Of a DNA stretch of 64,000 bases, positions 43,861 to 58,828 are shown piece by piece. Both the position numbers and the translations under genes were made by a program. The notes under the pieces were generated by a model that saw only the letters and a list, made by a program, of their open reading frames with translations, had not been told where the DNA came from and did not search any database. Numbering within the stretch: the stretch's first letter is position 1; the number at the start of each line of letters is the position of its first letter. Origin of the DNA: Eledone cirrhosa (taxonomy: Eukaryota); contig OZ024760.1 in the NCBI GenBank assembly GCA_964016885.1, positions 30,628,001 through 30,692,000 on the forward strand. Reading direction: 5' to 3'.

Positions 43861-46800
43861 AATGTAATGTAATGTAATGTAATGTGTAATGCCATGTAAT
43901 GTAATGTAATGTAATGTAATATAATGTAATGTAATGTAATGTAATGTAATGTAATGTAATGTGTAATGTAAGGTAACGTAATGTAATGTAATGTAATGTA
44001 ATGTGTAATGTAATGTAATGTAATGTAATGTAATGTAATGTAATGTAATGTATAATGTAAGGTAACGTAATGTAATGTAACGTAATGTAATGTGTAATAT
44101 AATGTAATGTAATGTAATGTAATGTGTAATGTAACGTAATGTAATGTAATGTAATGTAATGTGTATTGTAATGTAATGTAATGTAATGTAATGTAATGTA
44201 ATGTAATGTGTAAGGTGTAATGTAATGTAATGTAATGTAATATAATGTAATGTGTAATGTAATGTAATGTAATGTGTAATGTACTGTAATGTAATGTAAT
44301 GTGTAATGTAATATAATGTAATGTAATGTAATGCAATGTAATGTAATGTAATGTGTAACGTAATGTAATGTAATGTGTAATGTAATGTAATGTAATGTGT
44401 AATGTACTGTAATGTAATGTAATGTGTAATGTAATATAATGTAATGTAATGTAATGCAATGTAATGTAATGTAATGTGTAACGTAATGTAATGTAATGTG
44501 TAATATAATGTAATGTAATGTAATGTAATGTGTAATGTAATGTTTAATGTAATGTCATGTAATGTAATGTGTAATGTAATGTAATGTAATGTAATGTAAT
44601 GTAATGTAATGTAATGTAATGTGTAATGTAATGTAATGTAATGTAATGTGTAATGTAATGTAATGTAATGTAATGTAATGTAATGTAATGTAATGTAATG
44701 TGTAACGTAATGTAATGTAATGTAATGTGTAATGTCATGTAATGTAATGTAATGTAATGTAATGTAATGTAATGTAATGTAATGTAATGTAATGTAATGT
44801 AATGTAATGTGTAATGTAAGGTAATGTAATGTAATGTAATGCAATGTAATGTAATGTGTAATGTAATGTAATGTAATGTAATGTAATGTAATGTAATGTA
44901 TTGTAATGTAATGTAATGTAATGTAATGTAATGTAATGTAATGTAATGTAATGTAATGTGTAATGTAATGTAATGTAATGTAATGTAATGTGTAATGTAA
45001 TGTAATGTAATGTAATGTAATGTGTAATGTAATGTAATGTAATGTAATGTAACGTGTAATGTAATGTAATGTAATGTAATATGTAATTTCATGTAATTTA
45101 ATGTATTGTAATGTAATGTAATGTAATGTAATGTAATGTAATATAATGTGTAATGGGTAATGTAATGTAATGTAATGTGTAATGTAATGTGTAATGTAAT
45201 GTAATGTAATGTAATATAATCTAATGTAATGTAATGTAAAAAGTAATGTAATGTAATATAATGTAATGTACTGTAATGTAATGTGTAATGTAATGTAATG
45301 TGTAATGTAATGTAATGTAATGTGTAATGTCATGTAATGTAATATGATGTGTAATGTAATGTACTGTAATGTAATGTAATGTAATGTAACGTTTAATGTA
45401 ACGCAATGTAATGTAATGTAATGTAATGTAATGTGTAATGTAATGTAATGTAATGTAATGTAATGTAATGTAATGTAATGTAATGTAATGTCTAATGTAA
45501 TGTAATGTAATGTAATGTAATGTGTAATGTAATGTAATGTAATGTAATGTAATGTGTAATGTAATGTGTAATGTAATGTAATGTAACGTAATGTAATGTA
45601 ATGTAATGTGTAATGTAATGTGTAATGTAATGTAATGTAACGTAATGTAATGTAATGTGTAATGTAATGTTATGTAATGTAATGTAATGTAATGTAATGT
45701 AATGTAATGTAATGTGTAATGTAATGTAATATAATGTAATGTGTAATGTAATGTAATGTATAATGTAATGTAATGTAATGTAATGTAATGTAATGTAATG
45801 TAATGTAATGTAATGTAATGTGTAACGTAATGTAATGTAATGTAATGTAATCTGTAATGTAACGTAATGTAATGTAATGTAATGTAATGTAATGTGTAAT
45901 GTATTGTAATGTAACGTAATGTAATGTAATGCAATGTGTTAATGTGATGTAATGTAATGTGTAATGTAATGTAATGTAATGTAATGTAATGTAATGTAAC
46001 GTAACGTAATGTAATGTAATGTATGTGTAATGTAATGTAATGTAATGTAACGTGTAATGTAATGTAATGTAATGTAATGTAATGTGTAATGTAATGTAAT
46101 GTAATGTAATGTATAATGTAATGTAATGTAATGTAATGTAATGTAATGTGTAATGTAATGTAATGTAATGTAATGTAATGTGTAATGTATTGTAATGTAA
46201 TGTAATGTAATGTAATGTAATGTAATGTATGTGTAATGTAATGTAATGTAATGTAATGTGTAATGTAATGTAATGTAATGTAATGTAATGTAATGTAATG
46301 TGTAATGTAATGTAATGTAATGTAATGTGTAATGTAATGTAATGTGTAACGTAATGTAATGTAATGTAATGTAATGTAATGTAATGTAATGTGTAATGTA
46401 ATGTAATGTAATGTAATGTAATGTAATGTAATGTAATGTAATGTAATGCAATGTGTAATGTAATGTAATGTAATGTAATGTGTAACGTAATGTAATGTAA
46501 TGTAATGTAATGTAATGTGTAATGTGTAATGTAATGTAATGTAATGTAATGTAATGTAATGTGTAATGTAATGTAATGTAATGTAATGTAATGTAATGTA
46601 ATGTAATGTGTAATGTAATGTAATGTAATGTAATGTGTAATGTAATGTAATGTAATGTAATGTGTAATGTAATGTAATGTAATGTAATGTAATGTAATGT
46701 AATGTGTAATGTAATGTAATGTAATGTAATGTAATGTGTAATGTAATGTGTAATGTAATGTAATGTAACGTAATGTAATGTAATGTAATGTGTAATGTAA

Positions 46801-48854
46801 TGTGTAATGTAATGTAATGTAACGTAATGTAATGTAATGTGTAATGTTATGTAATGTAATGTAATGTAATGTAATGTAATGTAATGTAATGTAATGTAAT
46901 GTGTAATGTAATGTAATGTAATGTGTAATGTAATGTAATGTATAATGTAATGTAATGTAATGTAATGTAATGTAATGTAATGTAATGTAATGTAATGTGT
47001 AACGTAATGTAATGTAATGTAACGTAATGTAATGTAGTGTAATGTAATGTAATGTAATGAGTAATGTATTGTAATGTAACGTAATGTAATGTAATGTAAT
47101 GTGTAATGTAATGTAATGTAATGTGTAATGTAATGTAATGTAATGTAATGTAATGTAATGTAACGTGTAATGTAATGTAATGTAATGTAATGTAATGTGT
47201 AATGTAATGTAATGTAATGTAATGTAATGTGTAATGTAATGTAAAGTAATGTAATGTATAATGTAATGTAATGTAATGTAATGTGTAATGTAATGTAATG
47301 TAATGTAATGTAATGTAATGTAATGTAATGTAATGTAAAGTAATGTAACGTAATGTTTAATGTAATGTAATGTGTAATGTAATGTAATCTGTAATATAAT
47401 GTAATGTAATGTGATGTAATGTAATGTAATGTGTAATGTAATGTAATGTAATGTAATGTAATGTAATGTAATGTAATGTAATGTGTAATGTAATGTAATG
47501 TGTAATGTAATGTAATGTATAATGTCATGTAATGTAATGTAATGTAATGTAATGTAATGTGTAACGTAAGGTAATGTAATGTAATGTAATGTAATGTTAT
47601 GTGTAATGTGTAATGTGTAATGTAATGTAATGTAATGTAATGTAATGTGTAATGTAATGTAATGTAACGTAATGTAATGTAGTGTAATGTAATATGTAAT
47701 GTAATATAATGTAATGTAATGTAATGTAATGTGTAATGTAATGTAATGTAATGTAATGTGTCATGTAATGTAATGTAATGTAATGTGTAATGTAATGTAA
47801 TGTAATGTAATGTAATGTAATGTAATGTAATGTGTAATGTAATGTAATGTAATGTAATGTAATGTGTAATGTAATGTGTAATGTAATGTGTAATGTAATG
47901 TAATGTAATGTGTAATGTAATGTAATGTAATGTAATGTAATATAATGTAATGTAATGTGTAATGTAATGTAATGTAATGTAATGTAATGTAATGTAATGT
48001 AATGTAATGTGTAATGTAATGTAATCTAATGTAATGTAATGTGTAATGTAATTTAATGTAATGTAACGTGTAATATCATGTAATGTAATGTAATGTGTAA
48101 TGTAATGTAATGTAATGTGTAATGTTAGGTAACGTAATGTAATGTAATGTAATGTAATGTGTAATGTAGTGTAATGTAATGTGTAATTTAATGTAATGTA
48201 ATGTAATGTAATGTGTAATGTAATGTAATGTAATGTAATGTAATGTGTAATATGTAATGTAATGTAATGTGTAATATGTAATGTAATGTAATGTAATGTA
48301 ATGTAATGTAATGTAATGTAATGTGCAATGTAATGTAATGTAATGTAATGTAATGTATGGTAATGTAATGTAACGTAATGTGTAATGTAATGTAATGTAA
48401 TGTAATGTAATGTGTAATGTAATGTAATGTAATGTAATATAATATAATATAAAATAATATAATATAATATAATATAATATAACATAATATAATATAATAT
48501 AATATAATATGTAATGTAATGTAACGTGTAATGTAATGTAATGTAATGTAATGTAATGTAATGTGTAATGTAATGTATTGTAATGTAATGTAATGTAATG
48601 TAATGTGTAATGTAATGTAATGTAATGTAATGTAATGTAATGTGTAATGTAATGTAATGTGTAATGTAATGTAATATAATGTTATGTGTAATGTAATGTA
48701 ATGTAATGTAATGTAATGTAATGTAATGTAATGTAACGTGTAATATAATGTAATGTAATGTGTAATGTAATGTAAGGTAATGTAATGTAATGTAATGTAA
48801 TGTAATGTAGTGTAACGTAATGTTTAATGTAATGTAATGTGTAATGTAATGTAA

Positions 48855-49039
48855 TTGTTTCTACTTTAGGCACAAGGCCAGCAATTACCCAGTGCATTAC
48901 TGGTACTTTATTTTATCGACCCCGTAAGGATGAAAGGCAAAGTCAACCTCGGCGGGATTTGAACTCAGATCGTAAAGGGACGTAACTATGCTGGAAAACA
49001 TGGCGTCCGACCCTCTACCGATACTGCCAATCCACCGCC
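48855..49039 (-). mobile_element. SINE-like element, full length, subtype B
   Basis: Diagnostic ttgtttc, gggacgtaac, ggaaaacatgg, ctaccgatac. Confidence 0.88.
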
Positions 49040-50685
49040 AATGTGTAATGTAATGTAATGTAATGTAATGTGTTAAGTAATGTAATGTAATGTGTAATGT
49101 AATGTAATGTGTAATGTAATGTAATGTAACGTAATGTAATGTAATCTGTAATGTAATGTAATGTAATGTAATGTAATGTGTAATGTAATGTAATGTAATG
49201 TAAAGTAATGTAATGTAATGTATAATGTAATGTAATGTAATGTAATGTGTAACGTAATGTAATGTAATGTAATGTAATGTGTAATGTGTAATGTGTAATG
49301 TAATGTAATGTAATGTAATGTAATGTGTAATGTAATGTAATGTAACGTAATGTAATGTAATGTAATGTAATGTAATGTAATGTAATGTAATGTAATGTAA
49401 TGTAATGTGTAATGTAATGTAATGTGTAATGTAATGTAATGTAACGTAATGTAATGTAATCTGTAATGTAATGTAATGTAATGTAATGTGTAATATAATG
49501 CAATGTAATGTAATGTAATGTAATGTAATCTGTAATGTAATGTGTAATGTAATGTGTAATGTAATGTAATGTGTAATGTAATGTAATGTAATGTATAATG
49601 TAATGTAATGTAATGTAATGTGTAACGTAATGTAATGTAATGTAATGTAATGTGTAATGTGTAATGTAATGTAATGTAATGTAATGTAATGTGTAATGTA
49701 ATGTAATGTAACGTAATGTAATGTAATGTAATGTAACGTAATGTAATGTAGTGTAATGTAATGTAATGTAATGTAATGTAATGTAATGTAATGTAATGTG
49801 TAATGTAATGTAATGTAAGGTAATGTGCAATGTAATGTAGTGTAATGTAATGTAATGTAATGTGTAATGTAATGTAATGTAATGTAATGTGTAATGTAAT
49901 GTAATATAATGTAATGTAATGTGTAATGTAATGTAATCTAATGTAATGTAATGTGTAATGTAATGTAATGTAATGTAATGTGTAATGTAATGTAATGTAA
50001 TGTAATGTAATGTAATGTAATGTGTAATGTAATGTAATGTAATGTAATGTGTAATGTAATGTAATATAATGTAATGTAATGTGTAATGTAATGTAATCTA
50101 ATGTAATGTAATGTGTAATGTAATTTAATGTAATGTAATGTGTAATATCATGTAATGTAATGTAATGTGTAATGTAATGTAATGTGTAATGTAAAGGTAA
50201 CGTAATGTAATGTAATGTAATGTAATGTGTAATGTAATGTAATGTAATGTAATGTGTAATATGTAATGTAATGTAATGTAATGTAATGTGTAATGTGTAA
50301 TGTAATGTAATGTAATGTAATGTATGGTAATGTAATGTAATGTAATGTAATGTATGGCAATGTAATGTAATGTAATGTGTAATGTAATGTAATGTAATGT
50401 AATGTGTAATGTAATGTAATGTAATGTAATGTAATGTAATATAATATAATATAATATAATATAATATAATATAATATAATATAATATAATATGTAATGTA
50501 ATGTAATGTGTAATGTAATGTAATGTATTGTAATGTAATGTAATGTAATGTGTAATGTAATGTAATGTAATGTGTAATGTAATGTAATGTGTAATGTAAT
50601 GTAATGTAATGTAATGTGTAATGTAATGTAATGTAATGTAATGTAATGTAATGTTTAATGTAATGTAATGTGTAATGTAATGTAA

Positions 50686-50870
50686 TTGTTTCTACTTTAG
50701 GAACAAGGCCAGCAAATACCCAGTGCATTACTGGTACTTTATTTTATCGACCCCGTAAGGATGAAAGTCAAAGTCAACCTCGGTGGGATTTGAACTCAGA
50801 TCGTAAAGGGACGTAACTATGCTGGAAAGCATGGCGTCTGACCCTCTACCGATACTGCCAATCCACCGCC
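50686..50870 (-). mobile_element. SINE-like element, full length, subtype C
   Basis: Diagnostic gcaaataccc and gtctgaccc; private ttaggaac, aaagtcaaag, ctcggtggg. Confidence 0.88.
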
Positions 50871-53800
50871 AATGTGTAATGTAATGTAATGTAATGTGTT
50901 AAGTAATGTAATGTAATGTGTAATGTAATGTAATGTGTAATGTAATGTAATGTAACGTAATGTAATGTAATGTAATCTGTAATGTAATGTAATGTAATGT
51001 AATGTAATGTAATGTAATGTGTAATGTAATGTAATGTAATGTAAAGTAATGTAACGTAATGTAATGTGTAATGTAATGTAATGTATAATGTAATGTAATG
51101 TATAATGTAATGTAATGTAATGTAATGTAATGTAATGTAATGTAATGTGTAACGTAATGTAATGTAATGTAATGTAATGTAATGTAATGTAATGTGTAAT
51201 ATGTAATGTAATGTAATGTAATGTAATGTAATGTAAGGTAATGTGTAATGTAATGTAATGTAATGTAATGTAATGTAATGTAATGTAATGTGTAATGTAA
51301 TGTAATGTAATGTAATGTGTAATGTAATGTAATGTAATGTAATGTAAAGTAATGTGTAATGTAATGTAATGTAATGTAATGTAATGTAATGTAATGTAAC
51401 GTGTAATGTAATGTAATGTAATGTACTGTACAGTAATGTGTATTGTCATGTAATGTAATGTAATGTAATGTAATGTAATGTAATCTGTAATGTAATGTAA
51501 TGTAATGTAATGTAATGTGTAATGTAATGTAATGTAATGTAATGTAATGTAATGTAATGTGTAATGTAATGTAATGTGTAATGTAATGTAATGTATAATG
51601 TAATGTAATGTAATGTAATGTAATGTAATGTGTAACGTAATGTAATGTAATGTAATGTGTAATGTGTAATGTAATGTAATGTGTAATGTAATGTAATGTA
51701 ACGTAATGTAATGTAGTGTAATGTAATGTGTAATGTAATGTAATGTAATGTAATGTAATGTAATGTAATGTAATGTAATGTGTAATGTAATGTAATGTAA
51801 TGTAATGTGTAATGTAATGTAATGTAATGTAATGTAATGTAATGTAATGTAATGTGTAATGTAATGTAATGTAATGTAATGTAATGTGTAATGTAATGTA
51901 ATGTAATGTAATGTAATGTAATGTGTAATGTAATGTAATTTAATGTAATGTGTAATGTAATGTAATGTAATGTAATATAATGTAATGTAATGTGTAACGT
52001 AATGTAATGTAATGTAATGTAATGTAATGTAATGTAATGTAATGTAATGTGTAATTCAATGTAATGTAATGTAATGTAATGTAATGTAATGTGTAATGTA
52101 ATGTAATGTAATGTAATGTAATGTAATGTGTAATATGTAATGTAATGTAATGTAATGTAATGTAATGTGTAATGTAATGTAATGTAATGTAACGTAATGT
52201 AATGTAATGTAATGTAATGTAATGTAATGTAATGTATGGTAATGTAATGTAATGTAATGTGTAATGTAATGTAATGTAATCTAATGTGTAATGTAATGTA
52301 ATGTAATGTAATGTGCAATGTAATGTAATGTAATGTAATGTAATGTGTAATGTGTAATGTGTAATGTAATGTAATGTAATGTAATGTAATGTGTAATGTA
52401 ATGTAATGTAACGTAATGTAATGTAGTGTAATGTAATGTGTAATGTAATGTAATGTAATGTAATGTAATGTAATGTAATGTGTAATGTAATGTAATGTAA
52501 TGTAATGTGTAATGTAATGTAATGTAATGTAATGTGTAATGTAATGTAATGTAATGTAATGTAATGTAATGTAATGTAATGTAATGTGTAATGTAATGTA
52601 ATGTAATGTGTAATGTAATGTGTAATGTAATGTAATGTAACGTAATGTAATGTAATGTAATGTGTAATGTAATGTGTAATGTAATGTAATGTAACGTAAT
52701 GTAATGTAATGTGTAATGTAATGTTATGTAATGTAATGTAATGTAATGTAATGTAATGTAATGTAATGTAATGTAATGTGTAATGTAATGTAATGTAATG
52801 TGTAATGTAATGTAATGTATAATGTAATGTAATGTAATGTAATGTAATGTAATGTAATGTAATGTAATGTAATGTAATGTAATGTAATGTGTAACGTAAT
52901 GTAATGTAATGTAATGTAATGTGTAATGTAACGTAATGTAATGTAATGTAATGTAATGTAATGTAATGTAATGTAATGTGTAATGTATTGTAATGTAACG
53001 TAATGTAATGTAATGTAATGTGTAATGTAATGTAATGTAATGTGTAATGTAATGTAATGTAATGTAATGTAATGTAATGTAACGTGTAATGTAATGTAAT
53101 GTAATGTAATGTGTAATGTAATGTAATGTAATGTAATGTAATGTGTAATGTAATGTAATGTAATGTAATGTATAATGTAATGTAATGTAATGTGTAATGT
53201 AATGTAATGTAATGTAATGTAATGTAATGTAATGTAATGTAATGTAAAGTAATGTAACGTAATGTTTAATGTAATGTAATGTGTAATGTAATGTAATCTG
53301 TAATACAATGTAATGTAATGTGATGTAATGTAATGTAATGTGTAATGTAATGTAATGTAATGTAATGTAATGTAATGTAATGTAATGTAATGTAATGTAA
53401 TGTGTAATGTAATGTAATGTGTAATGTAATGTAATGTATAATGTCATATAATGTAATGTAATGTAATGTAATGTAATGTGTAACGTAATGTAATGTAATG
53501 TAATGTAATGTAATGTTATGTGTAATGTGTAATGTGTAATGTAATGTAATGTAATGTAATGTAATGTAATGTGTAATGTAATGTAATGTAACGTAATGTA
53601 ATGTAGTTTAATGTAATGTGTAATGTAATGTAATGTAATGTAATGTAATGTGTAATGTAATGTAATGTAATGTAATGTGTCATGTAATGTAATGTAATGT
53701 AATGTGTAATGTAATGTAATGTAATGTAATGTAATGTAATGTAATGTGTAATGTAATGTAATGTAATGTAATGTAATGTGTAATGTAATGTGTAATGTAA

Positions 53801-54818
53801 TGTGTAATGTAATGTAATGTAATGTAATGTGTAATGTAATGTAATGTAATGTAATGTAATATAATGTAATGTAATGTGTAATGTAATGTAATGTAATGTA
53901 ATGTAATGTAATGTAATGTAATGTGTAATGTAATGTAATCTAATGTAATGTAATGTGTAATGTAATTTAATGTAATGTAATGTGTAATATCATGTAATGT
54001 AATGTAATGTGTAATGTAATGTAATGTAATGTGTAATGTTAGGTAACGTAATGTAATGTAATGTAATGTAATGTGTAATGTAATGTAATGTAATGTGTAA
54101 TTTAATGTAATGTAATGTAATGTAATGTGTAATGTAATGTAATGTAATGTAATGTAATGTGTAATATGTAATGTAATGTAATGTAATGTAATGTAATGTA
54201 ATGTAATGTAATGTGCAATGTAATGTAATGTAATGTAATGTAATGTATGGTAATGTAATGTAACGTAATGTGTAATGTAATGTAATGTAATGTAATGTAA
54301 TGTGTAATGTAATGTAATGTAATGTAATGAAATGTAATGTGTAATGTAATGTAATGTAATGTAATGAAATGTAATGTGTAATGTAATGTAATGTAATATA
54401 ATATAATATAATATAAAATAATATAATATAATATAATATAATATAACATAATATAATATAATATAATATAATATGTAATGTAATGTAACGTGTAATGTAA
54501 TGTAATGTATTGTAATGTAATGTAATGTGTAATGTAATGTATTGTAATGTAATGTAATGTAATGTGTAATGTAATGTAATGTAATGTAATGTAATGTAAT
54601 GTGTAATGTAATGTAATGTGTAATGTAATGTAATATAATGTAATGTGTAATGTAATGTAATGTAATGTAATGTAATGTAATGTAATGTAATGTAACGTGT
54701 AATATAATGTAATGTAATGTGTAATGTAATGTAAGGTAATGTAATGTAATGTAATGTAATGTAATGTAATGTAGTGTAACGTAATGTTTAATGTAATGTA
54801 ATGTGTAATGTAATGTAA

Positions 54819-55003
54819 TTGTTTCTACTTTAGGCACAAGGCCAGCAATTACCCAGTGCATTACTGGTACTTTATTTTATCGACCCCGTAAGGATGAAAG
54901 GCAAAGTCAACCTCGGCGGGATTTGAACTCAGATCGTAAAGGGACGTAACTATGCTGGAAAACATGGCGTCCGACCCTCTACCGATACTGCCAATCCACC
55001 GCC
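54819..55003 (-). mobile_element. SINE-like element, full length, subtype B
   Basis: Appears identical to 48855-49039. Confidence 0.88.
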
Positions 55004-56324
55004 AATGTGTAATGTAATGTAATGTAATGTAATGTGTTAAGTAATATAATGTAATGTGTAATGTAATGTAATGTAATGTGTAATGTAATGTAATGTAACG
55101 TAATGTAATGTAATCTGTAATGTAATGTAATGTAATGTAATGTAATGTGTAATGTAATGTAATGTAATGTAAAGTAATGTAATGTAATGTATAATGTAAT
55201 GTAATGTAATGTAATGTAATGTAATGTAATGTAATGTGTAACGTAATGTAATGTAATGTAATGTAATGTGTAATGTGTAATGTAATGTAATGTAATGTAA
55301 TGTAATGTGTAATGTAATGTAATGTAACGTAATGTAATGTAATGTAATGTAATGTAATGTAATGTAATGTGTAATGTAATGTAATGTGTAATGTAATGTA
55401 ATGTAACGTAATGTAATGTAATCTGTAATGTAATGTAATGTAATGTAATGTGTAATATGTAATGTAATGTAACGTAATGTAATGTAATGTAATGTAATCT
55501 GTAATGTAATGTGTAATGTAATGTGTAATGTAATGTAATGTGTAATGTAATGTAATGTAATGTATAATGTAATGTAATGTAATGTAATGTGTAACGTAAT
55601 GTAATGTAATGTAATGTGTAATGTGTAATGTAATGTAATGTAATGTAATGTAATGTAATGTGTAATGTAATGTAATGTAACGTAATGTAATGTAATGTAA
55701 TGTAACGTAATGTAATGTAGTGTAATGTAATGTAATGTAATGTAATGTAATGTAATGTAATGTAATGTGTAATGTAATGTAATGTTAGGTAATGTGTAAT
55801 GTAATGTAGTGTAATGTAATGTAATGTAATGTAATGTGTAATGTAATGTAATGTAATGTAATGTGTAATGTAATGTAATGTAATGTAATGTAATGTAATG
55901 TAATGTGTAATGTAATGTAATGTAATGTAATGTAATGTGTAATGTAATGTAATATAATGTAATGTAATGTGTAATGTAATGTAATCTAATGTAATGTAAT
56001 GTGTAATGTAATTTAATGTAATGTAATGTGTAATATCATGTAATGTAATGTAATGTGTAATGTAATGTAATGTAATGTGTAATGTAAGGTAACGTAATGT
56101 AATGTAATGTAATGTAATGTAATGTAATGTGTAATGTAATGTAATGTAATGTAATGTGTAATATGTAATGTAATGTAATGTAATGTAATGTGTAATGTGT
56201 AATGTAATGTAATGTAATGTAATGTATGGTAATGTAATGTAATGTAATGTAATGTATGGCAATGTAATGTAATGTAATGTGTAATGTAATGTAATGTAAT
56301 GTAATGTGTAATGTAATGTAATGT

Positions 56325-56434
56325 AATATAATATAATATAATATAATATAATATAATATAATATAATATAATATAATATAATATAATATAATATAATATA
56401 ATATAATATAATATAATATAATATAATATAATAT
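56325..56434. repeat. Longest (ATAAT)n island (~110 bp)
   Basis: More than 20 consecutive ATAAT units ending in aatatgtaat. Confidence 0.93.
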
Positions 56435-56667
56435 GTAATGTAATGTAATGTGTAATGTAATGTAATGTAATGTAATGTATTGTAATGTAATGTAATGTAA
56501 TATATTGTAATGTAATGTAATGTAATGTAATGTAATGTGTAATGTAATGTAATGTGTAATGTAATGTAATGTGAAATGTAATGTAATGTAATGTAATGTA
56601 ATGTAATGTGTAATGTAATGTAATGTAATGTAATGTTTAATGTAATGTAATGTGTAATGTAATGTAA

Positions 56668-56852
56668 TTGTTTCTACTTTAGGCACAAGGCCAGCAAATA
56701 CCCAGTGCATTACTGGTACTTTATTTTATCGACCCCGTAAGGATGAAAGGCAAAGTCAACCTCGGCGGGATTTGAACTCAGATCGTAAAGGGACGTAACT
56801 ATGCTGGAAAGCATGGCGTCTGACCCTCTACCGATACTGCCAATCCACCGCC
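56668..56852 (-). mobile_element. SINE-like element, full length, subtype C
   Basis: gcaaataccc and gtctgaccc shared with the 50686 copy. Confidence 0.88.
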
Positions 56853-58643
56853 AATGTGTAATGTAATGTAATGTAATGTGTTAAGTAATGTAATGTAATG
56901 TGTAATGTAATGTAATGTGTAATGTAATGTAATGTAACGTAATGTAATGTAATGTAATCTGTAATGTAATGTAATGTAATGTAATGTAATGTAATGTAAT
57001 GTGTAATGTAATGTAATGTAATGTAAAGTAATGTAACGTAATGTAATGTGTAATGTAATGTAATGTATAATGTAATGTAATGTAATGTAATGTAATGTAA
57101 TGTAATGTAATGTAATGTGTAACGTAATGTAATGTAATGTAATGTAATGTAATGTAATGTGTAATATGTAATGTAATGTAATGTAATGTAATGTAATGTG
57201 TAATGTAATGTAATGTAATGTAATGTAATGTAATGTAATGTAATGTAATGTGTAATGTAATGTAATGTAATGTAATGTGTAATGTAATGTAATGTAATGT
57301 AATGTAAAGTAATGTGTAATGTAATGTAATGTAATGTAATGTAATGTAATGTAATGTAATGTAACGTGTAATGTAATGTAATGTAATGTACTGTACTGTA
57401 ATGTGTATTGTCATGTAATGTAATGTAATGTAATGTAATGTAATGTAATCTGTAATGTAATGTAATGTAATGTAATGTAATGTAATGTGTAATGTAATGT
57501 AATGTAATGTAATGTAATGTAATGTGTAATGTAATGTAATGTGTAATGTAATGTAATGTATAATGTAATGTAATGTAATGTAATGTAATGTAATGTGTAA
57601 CGTAATGTAATGTAATGTAATGTGTAATGTGTAATGTAATGTAATGTGTAATGTAATGTAATGTAACGTAATGTAATGTAGTGTAATGTAATGTGTAATG
57701 TAATGTAATGTAATGTAATGTAATGTAATGTAATGTAATGTAATGTAATGTGTAATGTAATGTAATGTAATGTGTAATGTAATGTAATGTAATGTAATGT
57801 AATGTAATGTAATGTAATGTAATGTGTAATGTAATGTAATGTAATGTAATGTAATGTAATGTGTAATGTAATGTAATGTAATGTAATGTAATGTAATGTG
57901 TAATGTAATGTAATTTAATGTAATGTGTAATGTAATGTAATGTAATGTAATATAATGTAATGTAATGTGTAACGTAATGTAATGTAATGTAATGTAATGT
58001 AATGTAATGTAATGTGTAATTCAATGTAATGTAATGTAATGTAATGTAATGTAATGTGTAATGTAATGTAATGTAATGTAATGTAATGTAATGTGTAATA
58101 TGTAACGTAATGTAATGTAATGTAATGTAATGTGTAATGTGTAATGTAATGTAATGTAATGTAATGTAATGTAATGTAATGTAATGTATGGTAATGTAAT
58201 GTAATGTAATGTGTAATGTAATGTAATCTAATGTGTAATGTAATGTAATGTAATGTGTAATGTAATGTAATGTAATGTAATATAATATAATATAATATAA
58301 TATAACATAATATAATATAATATAATATAATATGTAATGTCATGTAATGTGTAATGTAATGTAATGTAATGTAATGTAATGTAATGTAATGTATTGTAAT
58401 GTAATGTATTGTAATGTAATGTAATGTGTAATGTAATGTAATGTAATGTAATGTGTAAAGTAATGTAATGTGTAATGTAATGTAATGTAATGTGTAATGT
58501 AATGTAATGTAATGTAATGTAATGTAATGTAACGTAACGTGTAATGTAATGTAATGTAATGTAATGTAATGTAATGTAATGTAATGTAATGTAATGTAGT
58601 GCAATGTAATGTTTAATGTAATGTAATGTGTAATGTAATGTAA

Positions 58644-58828
58644 TTGTTTCTACTTTAGGCACAAGGCCAGCAATTACCCAGTACATTACTGGTACTTTAT
58701 TTTATCGACCCCGTAACGATGAAAGGCAAAGTCAACTTTGGCGGGATTTGAACTCAGATCATAAAGGGACGTAACTATGCTGGAAAGCATGGCGTCCGAC
58801 CCTCTACCGATACTGCCAATCCACCGCC
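58644..58828 (-). mobile_element. SINE-like element, full length, subtype D
   Basis: Private variants cccagtacatt, gtaacgatg, aactttggcg, gatcataaag. Confidence 0.88.

Larger units (their letters stand above)
46700..58260. repeat. ~5.97 kb tandem higher-order duplication carrying SINE subtypes B and C
   Basis: B-to-B spacing is 5964 and C-to-C spacing is 5982. Shared words gttaggtaac, tataaaata, gtatggcaat and gtaattcaat. Confidence 0.85.
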
